A DNA stretch of 12,119 nucleotides from a virus. Position 1 is the first letter of the stretch; every line of letters starts with the position of its first letter. The translations under genes and the position numbers were made by a program. The notes under the pieces were generated by a model. That model saw only the letters and a list, made by a program, of their open reading frames with translations, had not been told where the DNA came from and did no database searches. Positions 5,605-12,119 of the stretch are shown piece by piece. Location: IMG/VR virus record IMGVR_UViG_3300029862_000048, positions 1-12,119 of that record, one strand, 5' to 3'.

Positions 5605-6831
5605 GTGAGTTGGTGGAGTAATTTTCTCAACCGCTTTAAGCAACCGGACAGCAAGCAGCTTGCCAAGGCGGAGACGCTTAACGGCAACATGGCTACCTTT
5701 ACGGCTTTCAGTGGCGGCGCATATGCAAACGATATTTACCGGGGCGCGGTCGATTCAATCGCGCGCAACGTTGCGAAGCTAAAGGGCGCGCACGTTATCA
5801 AGACCGGCGCAAGAACGGCGGAAGGCGACCGGGTACTAAACAGGCTGCTACAGACGCAGCCGAACCCGTACATGAACGCCTACGACATGCTTTACAAGCT
5901 GACTACGCATTACTACCTTTTCAACAATGCCTTTGCCTTCCTGGACAGGGACGAACGCGGCAATGTGAGAAGCATTTACCCTATGACTTGCGTTCAAGCA
6001 GACTTTCTCATAGACGCTAGCGGCCGTCTTTTCGTGCAGTTTCGTTTTAGGAACGGCAACGAAGTTATCTTGCCCTATCGAGATCTAATCCACTTGCGCC
6101 GCAACTACAACGGCGACGAGCTGCTAGGCGATTCCAACGAGGCCATTTACCCGGCTTTGGAGCTTGCGCACACCGAAAACGAAGGCATCATTAACGGCAT
6201 CAAGAGCGGCGCGACGATTCGCGGAATCCTCAAGTACACGCAGATTCTTAGCGACGAGAAGCTAAAGGCCGACAAAGAGGCCTTTATAGCCGAGTACCTT
6301 AACGTTGCCAACAATGGCGGCATCGTTGCGACGGATTCAAAGAGCGAATACACGCCGATTGATAGCAAGCCGGTAACGGTTGACACGGAGCAGACGAAGG
6401 CCACGGCCACGAAGATTTACAACTACCTTGGCATTTCCGAGAAAATCGTTAACAGCACCTACACGGAAGACGAATGGGGCGCGTTCTACGAAAGCGTAGT
6501 TGAGCCGTTGGCGCTGCAACTTTCGCTTGAGTTTACGCGCAAGGTCTTTTCGGAGCGTGAGCAGGCATTCGGTAACGCTATTGAGTTCGGCAGCGGGCGG
6601 CTTCTGTTCGCAAGCAACAAAACCAAGCTGGATCTAATCCGGGAGCTTATGCCGTTTAGCATCCTCACCATTAACCAGGCTTTGGAGATTCTCAACCTTC
6701 CGCCGGTGGACGATGGCGACCGACGTTTGCAGAGCCTTAACAACGCAAATACCGACATCGTGGACGCTTACCAGCTTGCGAAGGCGAGCGAGGACGAAGC
6801 CCCGGCGGATACAGAGGGGGCTACAGCATGA
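5605..6831 (+). CDS. Phage portal protein, HK97 family
   Basis: 408 aa with GTG start 8 nt after a GGAGGG RBS. Size, position before the prohead protease, and overall sequence character fit an HK97-type portal. Its stop overlaps the next start (ATGA). Confidence 0.8.
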   Translation: MSWWSNFLNRFKQPDSKQLAKAETLNGNMATFTAFSGGAYANDIYRGAVDSIARNVAKLKGAHVIKTGARTAEGDRVLNRLLQTQPNPYMNAYDMLYKLTTHYYLFNNAFAFLDRDERGNVRSIYPMTCVQADFLIDASGRLFVQFRFRNGNEVILPYRDLIHLRRNYNGDELLGDSNEAIYPALELAHTENEGIINGIKSGATIRGILKYTQILSDEKLKADKEAFIAEYLNVANNGGIVATDSKSEYTPIDSKPVTVDTEQTKATATKIYNYLGISEKIVNSTYTEDEWGAFYESVVEPLALQLSLEFTRKVFSEREQAFGNAIEFGSGRLLFASNKTKLDLIRELMPFSILTINQALEILNLPPVDDGDRRLQSLNNANTDIVDAYQLAKASEDEAPADTEGATA

Positions 6832-7406
6832 AAGAGCTAAGAACAGCCGAAATCAGGGCGGAGGCACCAGCGGCAGCGGGTGGCGGAAGCCTTGTTTTGG
6901 AGGGTATGCCGATTGTCTACGACACGCCTACAACGATTAACGACCCGGCAGGAAGCTATACCGAGGTCATTAAGCGCGGCGCGCTGGACGAAGCCGACCT
7001 TACGGACAGCCGACTACTTTACAACCACGACTTGAACCGTATCCCGTTGGCGCGCACACCCAAAACGCTCCATTTCGAGGTCACCGGTAGGGGGCTTGAA
7101 ATGAGGGCGGAACTACCGGACACGGAAGACGCTAGGGCAGTGCATACGGCAGTAAAGCGCGGCGACCTAAGCGGCATGAGCTTTGCTTTCACCGTGCCGG
7201 AAGGCGGGGACAGCTACGACCCGAAGACCAACACGCGCACTATTACGAAGATTGCCAAGATTTACGAAGTGTCAGTGTGCCCATTCCCGGCATACCCGAC
7301 GGCAAGCGTAGAAGCGCGCAAGGCCTTCACGGAAGGGCTTAACCGTCTCGAAGCGCTAAACAACGCGCGAATCCTTTGTAACAAAATCCTTATGAAAGAG
7401 GTGTAG
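6828..7406 (+). CDS. HK97-family prohead maturation protease (S78/U35)
   Basis: 192 aa with a conserved His in LLYNHDLNRIPLA and a Ser nucleophile context GDLSGMSFAF. Sits between portal and capsid genes. Confidence 0.85.
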   Translation: MKELRTAEIRAEAPAAAGGGSLVLEGMPIVYDTPTTINDPAGSYTEVIKRGALDEADLTDSRLLYNHDLNRIPLARTPKTLHFEVTGRGLEMRAELPDTEDARAVHTAVKRGDLSGMSFAFTVPEGGDSYDPKTNTRTITKIAKIYEVSVCPFPAYPTASVEARKAFTEGLNRLEALNNARILCNKILMKEV

Positions 7407-7410
7407 GAAC

Positions 7411-8673
7411 ATGTTTACTACTGTTCAGCAGGCTTTTAACCACTATCGAAACATGAGCGTTGCCGAGATCGAGAAGCGCGCGCAGGAGATGCACGCACTC
7501 ATTGAGACCGACCCCAACGTGGATATTAAGCAGCTTAATATCGAGCTTACCGGCCTTGCCGAGGCCAAGGCTAACGCGCAGGAGAAGCAGGGCGACCAGG
7601 GCGGCGCACAGGGCGCACAGGGCGCACAGGAGCCGGAGGCGCGCGGCTACAACCCCATTACCGGCATGAGCTTTGCCGGTGGTAGCGACCAGGCCACGAA
7701 GGGCGACGTTTTCGCAAGCGCCGAGTACCGCAGCGCCTTCTATAAGTCCCTTCTTGGCAAGAGCCTCACCCAGGCCGAGAAGAACGCCTATGGCCGCGCT
7801 ATGGACATGGAGAAGCGAGCGGCGGACGCTTACACCACCAGCGGCAACACGCCGGTTATCATCCCCACCGCCACACTCAATGAGATTGTGTCAAAGGCAC
7901 GCACCGAGGGCGGCACGCTTTCCATTGCCCGCGCCTTCAACATGCCTTCCAAGATTGCCGTACCGGTTGCCACGCCTTCCGCTAAGGCGGCATGGCACAC
8001 CGAGGGCGCAGCCGTTAACACCGAGCAGCCCGGCATCACTAACGTTAACTTCGACGCTAACGAGATTATCAAGATTTTCTCTATCAGCTCTAAGGTTAAG
8101 GCTATGAGCGTTAGCGCGTTCGAAGCCTACCTTGCCGACGAGCTTAACAAGTGCGTCTTTGAGTGCATCGCGGACGCGCTTATCAACGGCACCGGTACCG
8201 GCGAGGGCATGGGACTTGAGCACGGCGTTACCTGGGGCGCTACCAACAGCGTTACCGTGGCGGCGGGCGGCTCCATTGCCTACCTGGACGTTGTAAAGGC
8301 GGTTGCCCTTCTGAAGCGCGGCTATGCCCGTCGTGCTAAGTGGGTCATGAACAACAAGACCCTTTACACGGCCTTCTACGGCATGACCGACGATAACAAG
8401 AAGCCTATCTTTGTTCCCGATCCGCGCGACGAGACCATCGGCAAGATTCTTGGCTTTGACGTTGTCGTTGATGACTTCGTTGCGGATAACGTGGCCTATT
8501 TCGGCGACTTTGCCTACCTGGGCTTCAATCTCGCGAACGGCATCGCGGTTGAGTCTTCCACTCAGTCGGCTTTCCGTTCCGGCCTTATCGACTATCGCGG
8601 CATGGCCATTGCGGACACCAAGGTCATTGCGCCCGAGGCTTTCGTTAAGCTTTCCGTCGCAGCGGGCAAGTAG
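7411..8673 (+). CDS. Major capsid protein, HK97 fold, with N-terminal coiled-coil delta (scaffolding) domain
   Basis: 420 aa. The N-terminal 100 aa are helical and charged and include (GAQ)3, followed by a capsid-domain core (NEIVSKARTEGGTLSIAR..., C-terminal ...VKLSVAAGK). Canonical position after the protease. Confidence 0.88.
   Translation: MFTTVQQAFNHYRNMSVAEIEKRAQEMHALIETDPNVDIKQLNIELTGLAEAKANAQEKQGDQGGAQGAQGAQEPEARGYNPITGMSFAGGSDQATKGDVFASAEYRSAFYKSLLGKSLTQAEKNAYGRAMDMEKRAADAYTTSGNTPVIIPTATLNEIVSKARTEGGTLSIARAFNMPSKIAVPVATPSAKAAWHTEGAAVNTEQPGITNVNFDANEIIKIFSISSKVKAMSVSAFEAYLADELNKCVFECIADALINGTGTGEGMGLEHGVTWGATNSVTVAAGGSIAYLDVVKAVALLKRGYARRAKWVMNNKTLYTAFYGMTDDNKKPIFVPDPRDETIGKILGFDVVVDDFVADNVAYFGDFAYLGFNLANGIAVESSTQSAFRSGLIDYRGMAIADTKVIAPEAFVKLSVAAGK
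7613..7639 (+). repeat. Three perfect tandem copies of GGCGCACAG inside the capsid delta domain (encode GAQGAQGAQ)
   Basis: Read directly from the sequence. In-frame, so copy-number change would keep the frame. Confidence 0.8.
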
Positions 8674-8693
8674 CAGCGGGGAGGGCTTGACGT

Positions 8694-8969
8694 ATGGCTA
8701 ACGAGGTTATCAGCCTGGACGAGGCGCGCGAGTGGTTGCGCCTGGACAACACCGACAACGACGTAGTTATTGCCGGGCTTATCGAGGGCGCGGCGGAATA
8801 CATCGAGATTGCTACCGGCCTAGACCCGTTCGCCCAGGCGGCAAGCCCGCTTGCCAAGACGGCCACGAAGCTTATCTTGTCGCTTCTGTACGACCCGACG
8901 CAGACCGACACGGACAGGCTGCAACGCTCGATTGACAACCTGCTAAAGGCGGTAGCGCACGTGGGCTAG
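8694..8969 (+). CDS. gp6-like head-tail connector protein (Phage_connect_1-type)
   Basis: 91 aa. VISLDEAREWLRLDNTDNDVVIAGLIEGAAEYIEIATGL matches the hallmark N-terminus of gp6-like connector (DNA-packaging) proteins. Confidence 0.8.
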   Translation: MANEVISLDEAREWLRLDNTDNDVVIAGLIEGAAEYIEIATGLDPFAQAASPLAKTATKLILSLLYDPTQTDTDRLQRSIDNLLKAVAHVG

Positions 8970-8988
8970 CTAGGTTGGTGGTGGGACT

Positions 8989-9276
8989 ATGAAGGAGTTT
9001 GCTAAGGCGTTCTACACGTCGAAGGCATGGAGGGATACCCAAAAGGCTTACATGCAGAGCAAGCACTATGTATGCGAGCGTTGCGGGCGACCGGCCTTCA
9101 TAGTCCACCACCGCACCTACATTACGCCGGCGAACATCAACGACCCGGCTATCACGCTGGACTGGGACAACCTAGAGGCACTATGCCCGACGTGCCACCA
9201 GCACGAGCACTTCACAGGCAGGGCGACGGCGGAGGGCTTGCGGTTCGACGAAGCGGGCAACTTGGTAAGGGAATAG
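8989..9276 (+). CDS. HNH endonuclease, phage packaging-associated
   Basis: 95 aa with CERCG...HH...N...LCPTCHQHEH, a zinc-finger HNH motif, sitting immediately upstream of terS/terL as in cos-packaging HK97-like phages. Confidence 0.88.
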   Translation: MKEFAKAFYTSKAWRDTQKAYMQSKHYVCERCGRPAFIVHHRTYITPANINDPAITLDWDNLEALCPTCHQHEHFTGRATAEGLRFDEAGNLVRE

Positions 9277-9605
9277 GTACGTTGTGCAAGGCGTTCCGGG
9301 TAGCGGCCTGGAATGCTTGCCAGGCGGACAGACGGCGGGGCTTGTCACCCAAAGGCTAGAGCCTGGATTATTCGGGGAAGCAGACCAAGGCGGCAGCTGC
9401 TAGCTATCTCCTTCAATTCATTTCTTCATGGCTAGAAGTTGCGCTATTCGGAGCGTCTTTCACAGCGGTAACCATGACCCGAACGCCCCCAGGGCGATAG
9501 CGGAGCAGGCTCCCGCGTAATCACAGAGCCCAGGTTTTTAAACCTCTCCGGGGTTTCCCATAGGAGGGGGGTAAGACTACTTACATGCTTACATGATTAC
9601 TTGAA
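9277..9605. other. 330-bp ORF-free spacer between HNH and terS; candidate cos/packaging-initiation region
   Basis: Contains an 8-bp palindrome GCAGCTGC (9397-9404), a GC hairpin cgccc/gggcg (about 9483-9496), the inverted repeat AGGTTT-TT-AAACCT (9531-9544), a G6 tract (9566-9571) and the motifs GTAAG (9571-9575) plus CTTACATG x2 (9580-9595). Confidence 0.35.
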
Positions 9606-9620
9606 ATGGGGGTAGATAGC

Positions 9621-9971
9621 ATGGAGATTGACAAGGATAAAATCAAGCGCGCAGAGACGCGCAAGCTCAACAAGATTGCCAAGGCCGTGCCGGAATCCAA
9701 GAAGGCCGTAGCGGACAGCTTGACCCGTGAACTTGTGTTCATGGCCTGCACTCTTGAGGAATTGCGCGCGGACGTTGACGAGAAAGGCGCGGTTGAGCTT
9801 TTCAAGAACGGCAAGCAGGAAATGTTTAGGGAAAGCCCGGCGCTAAAGAGCTACAGCACGCTTATTCAGCGCTACAGCCTTCTTTACAAGCAGCTTTGCG
9901 AGCTGTTGCCCAAGGAAGAGGCAAAGGGAGCGGAAGACGAATTGCAAGCCTTCCTTGCCCAGGCGGTATAG
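9621..9971 (+). CDS. terS: Terminase small subunit, P27 family
   Basis: About 116 aa. The segment ...ELVFMACTLEELRADVDEKGAVELFKNGKQEMFRESPALKSYSTLIQRYSLLYKQL... matches the P27-type TerS pattern. The ATG at 9621 with a GGGGG RBS is preferred over the upstream ATG at 9606, which lacks an RBS. Confidence 0.75.
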   Translation: MEIDKDKIKRAETRKLNKIAKAVPESKKAVADSLTRELVFMACTLEELRADVDEKGAVELFKNGKQEMFRESPALKSYSTLIQRYSLLYKQLCELLPKEEAKGAEDELQAFLAQAV

Positions 9972-9983
9972 GGGGCGCGTGCC

Positions 9984-11624
9984 GTGAACTGGATACGCGC
10001 ATACCTGGACAAGATAGAAGCCGGGGAAATCGTAACGAGCAAGCGCGTTAGGAAGATATACCAGCGGCTAGCCTACGACATGGACAACCCCGGCAAATAT
10101 CGCTTTGACGAAGCGAAGGCAAACCGGCCTATCGAGTTCATAGAGCGCTTTTGCAAGCACTCCAAGGGCGAGTGGGCGGGTCAACCCGTGCGCCTGGAGC
10201 TTTTCCAAAAGGCCTTCATTAGCGCGCTTTTCGGTTTTGTCGATAGCGAAACAGGCTTGCGCAAGTACCGCGAAGCCTTCTTTATGGTTGCGCGCAAGAA
10301 CGGTAAATCAACCATGCTTGCGGGCATCGCGCTTTACCTTCTTTTGGCAGACGGCGAAGCCGGGGCGGAGATCTACAGCGTAGCCACGAAGAAAGACCAA
10401 GCAAAGATTATCTTTGACGAAACGTGCAACATGGTTGCCCAAAGCCCGCAACTACGGAAGCACATAAAGAAGCGCAAGACCGATTTGTATTTTTCGGCTG
10501 CTATGTCAAAGATTCAAGCCCTGGGCAAGAACAGCGACACCCTGGACGGCTTGAACGGTTCAGGAATCATCATTGACGAGCTGCACGGCATCAAAGATAG
10601 AAACCTATACGAGGTTATGAAGCAGTCGCAGAGCGCTAGGCGGCAACCCCTGCTAGTGATGATTACCACGGCGGGAACCGTGCGCGAGTGCATCTTTGAT
10701 GATATGTACGACTACGCTTGCAAGGTTGTAGACGGCACCATAAACGACCCTACATTTTTGCCCATCATCTACGAGCTGGACGCTAAAGCAGAGTGGACAA
10801 ACCCGGCGGCATGGTTCAAAGCCAACCCAGGACTAGGGCGCATAAAGAAGCTAGAAGACCTTGTAGCCAAAGTGGAGCGCGCGAAGCAAAGCCCCAAAGA
10901 CCTTAGCGGCATCCTGTGCAAGGACTTCAATGTCCGGGAGACGCGCTATAACGCATGGCTGGACTTTGACAGCATCAACAACGAAGAGACATTTTCGCTT
11001 GAAGACTTCCGAGGGGCTTACGCTATCGGCGGCGCGGATTTGTCGCTAACGACCGACCTAACGTGCGCAACGGTTCTAATGATGCATCCGGAAACGCACA
11101 GGCGATACGTACACCAAATGTATTGGCTACCGGAAGAGAACTTTGCCCAGCGTGTAGAGCAAGAGAAGATACCCTACGACAAATGGCATGAAGCGGGATT
11201 GTTGAGACTTTGCAAGGGCAACACCATCGACTATAGCGACGTAACGGCCTGGTTCCTCGAAATCGTCCGAGAACATGGAATAACGCCCTTGTGGGTGTAT
11301 TACGACGCTTGGTCAGCCCGGTACTTCGTGGAAGAGATGGCCGGGTATGGGTTCAAAATGGAGCGCTGCATACAAGGTGCGCGCACGCTCTCGCTGCCTA
11401 TGCAAAACCTGGGCGCAGATCTACAGGCAAAAAAGGTGGTTTATAACAACAACCCTATTTTGAAATGGTGTCTCACAAATACCGGCATCCAGGAAGACCG
11501 AAACGGCAACATCGTTCCGGTTAAGAACAGCAGCGCGAAGCGGCGCATAGACGGCACGGCAAGCCTACTTGACGCTTACGTGGGGCTTTATGAGCACTAC
11601 AACGAGTTTCTAAACGCACTGTAG
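9984..11624 (+). CDS. terL: Terminase large subunit (Terminase_1 family ATPase plus nuclease)
   Basis: 546 aa, GTG start after an AGGGGGCG RBS. Walker-A-like MVARKNGKSTMLAGIALY, Walker B IIIDELHG, C-terminal nuclease region with conserved acidic residues. Confidence 0.9.
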   Translation: MNWIRAYLDKIEAGEIVTSKRVRKIYQRLAYDMDNPGKYRFDEAKANRPIEFIERFCKHSKGEWAGQPVRLELFQKAFISALFGFVDSETGLRKYREAFFMVARKNGKSTMLAGIALYLLLADGEAGAEIYSVATKKDQAKIIFDETCNMVAQSPQLRKHIKKRKTDLYFSAAMSKIQALGKNSDTLDGLNGSGIIIDELHGIKDRNLYEVMKQSQSARRQPLLVMITTAGTVRECIFDDMYDYACKVVDGTINDPTFLPIIYELDAKAEWTNPAAWFKANPGLGRIKKLEDLVAKVERAKQSPKDLSGILCKDFNVRETRYNAWLDFDSINNEETFSLEDFRGAYAIGGADLSLTTDLTCATVLMMHPETHRRYVHQMYWLPEENFAQRVEQEKIPYDKWHEAGLLRLCKGNTIDYSDVTAWFLEIVREHGITPLWVYYDAWSARYFVEEMAGYGFKMERCIQGARTLSLPMQNLGADLQAKKVVYNNNPILKWCLTNTGIQEDRNGNIVPVKNSSAKRRIDGTASLLDAYVGLYEHYNEFLNAL

Positions 11625-11640
11625 AAGGAGGGGGCTAGAA

Positions 11641-12027
11641 ATGGCCGGAAAACAGGTTCTAAAGGATAAGAAGGTAACCGTTTACAAGTACGTGGATGGA
11701 ACGGACGCGGAAGGGTTCCCGGTTAAGGCATACATGCCGATACACGCACAGCCGACGGTATGGGCCTACTTTAAGCAACTAAGCGGAAGCCTCTATTTCG
11801 CCAGCGCCCAGACGAACGTAAGGGAAGACTGCTTGTTCAGGGTGAATTACACCAAGGCGCTAAAGCGGGCCTATGCCGACACGTACCGTGTACTGTATGA
11901 CGGAATCCTCTACAAAGTCACGCGGATAGACCCATACGAGGGATACACGCGGGATTTGGCCATTTACTGCACGGCCACGACCGACAAGGCGACGGACACA
12001 ATCCCATACGACCCCAAGAAGCTATAG
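11641..12027 (+). CDS. Head-tail adaptor / head closure protein (Phage_H_T_join-like)
   Basis: 128 aa with GGAGGG RBS. The C-terminal pattern YRVLYDGILYKVTRIDPYEGYTRDLAIYC fits the head-tail joining family signature (rIxydgrxyxIxxvxdxxxxxrxlxlxc). Confidence 0.65.
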   Translation: MAGKQVLKDKKVTVYKYVDGTDAEGFPVKAYMPIHAQPTVWAYFKQLSGSLYFASAQTNVREDCLFRVNYTKALKRAYADTYRVLYDGILYKVTRIDPYEGYTRDLAIYCTATTDKATDTIPYDPKKL

Positions 12028-12119
12028 CCAAAAACGGCAATAGCCCCAGGAGCAACAGAAAGCCCCATAGCGGCGCGTTAGCGCGGCAATGGGCAAATAC
12101 ACAAAGCGGCCTTTTGGAA
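12021..12119. repeat. Second copy of the 99-nt terminal sequence (identical to 1-99)
   Basis: Exact identity with the window start. It begins inside the last codons of the adaptor gene. Confidence 0.9.

Noticed and set aside
7460-8107. Arg/Pro-rich alternative-frame ORFs (7460-7669, 7673-8107) and minus-strand ORFs (7830-8072, 7891-8223) within the capsid gene
   Set aside because: They overlap a confidently assigned HK97-fold capsid gene. Their compositions (runs of R, P, S, T, L) are typical of off-frame GC-rich translation.
8411-9359. Overlapping ORFs 8411-8701(+), 8732-8935(+), 8645-8938(-), 8872-9111(-), 9027-9359(+)
   Set aside because: They overlap the C-terminus of the capsid protein, the connector and the HNH genes in other frames. 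They have no RBS and low-complexity products.
5519-9571. G6 homopolymer tracts (5519-5524, 9566-9571) as phase-variable switches
   Set aside because: Six Gs is below the length at which slipped-strand phase variation is usually appreciable, and there is no evidence of length heterogeneity in a single sequence.
9581-9814. Minus-strand 77-aa ORF over terS, and the upstream ATG at 9606 for terS
   Set aside because: The first is antisense to a recognisable P27-family TerS. The 9606 ATG lacks an RBS, whereas the 9621 ATG is 8 nt past a GGGGG tract.
1-12119. Interpretation of the element as a complete temperate phage or an integrated prophage fragment
   Set aside because: There are no tail, lysis, integrase or repressor genes in a closed 12-kb circle, whereas partition and plasmid-type replication genes are present. 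A truncated prophage would not be expected to close on itself with a k-mer overlap.

Overview
The first 99 nt (1-99) are identical to the last 99 nt (12021-12119). The window is therefore most simply one complete circular replicon of about 12,020 bp, read once plus a k-mer-sized assembly overlap. GC looks intermediate, around 50-55% by eye (not computed), apart from a GC-richer 4.35-4.8 kb segment. All supportable genes lie on the + strand in two modules. Module 1 (promoter at 214-243, genes to 4212/4785) carries a near-consensus sigma70 promoter and a minimal GIY-YIG homing-endonuclease-like nuclease. It continues with a type Ib partition pair (ParA Walker ATPase plus a small ribbon-helix-helix ParG-like protein), an excisionase/AlpA-family HTH regulator, a 389-aa unknown, a stand-alone primase-polymerase (Prim-Pol plus PriCT-2) and a compositionally deviant 145-aa ORF. 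An ~820-bp non-coding region (4786-5604) follows, with a terminator-like hairpin, three 22-bp direct iterons, an AT-rich stretch, purine/G-tract blocks and repeated regulatory words. Module 2 (5605-12027, wrapping into a palindromic terminator at 106-131) is an HK97-type head-only morphogenesis and packaging set. It contains portal, prohead protease, major capsid protein, gp6-like head-tail connector, HNH endonuclease, a 330-bp ORF-free candidate cos region, P27-family small terminase, large terminase and a head-tail adaptor. No tail, lysis, integrase or repressor genes, no tRNAs and no CRISPR are present. The likely hidden system is a plasmid-maintained, capsid-forming phage satellite (cf-PICI-like). 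It would build its own small heads and package itself while relying on a helper phage for tails and lysis, and it persists through ParA/ParG partition and Prim-Pol replication rather than integration. Short periodic GTAAG/CTTAC arrays and copies of the iteron core recur upstream of every operon start, which suggests one shared control circuit.
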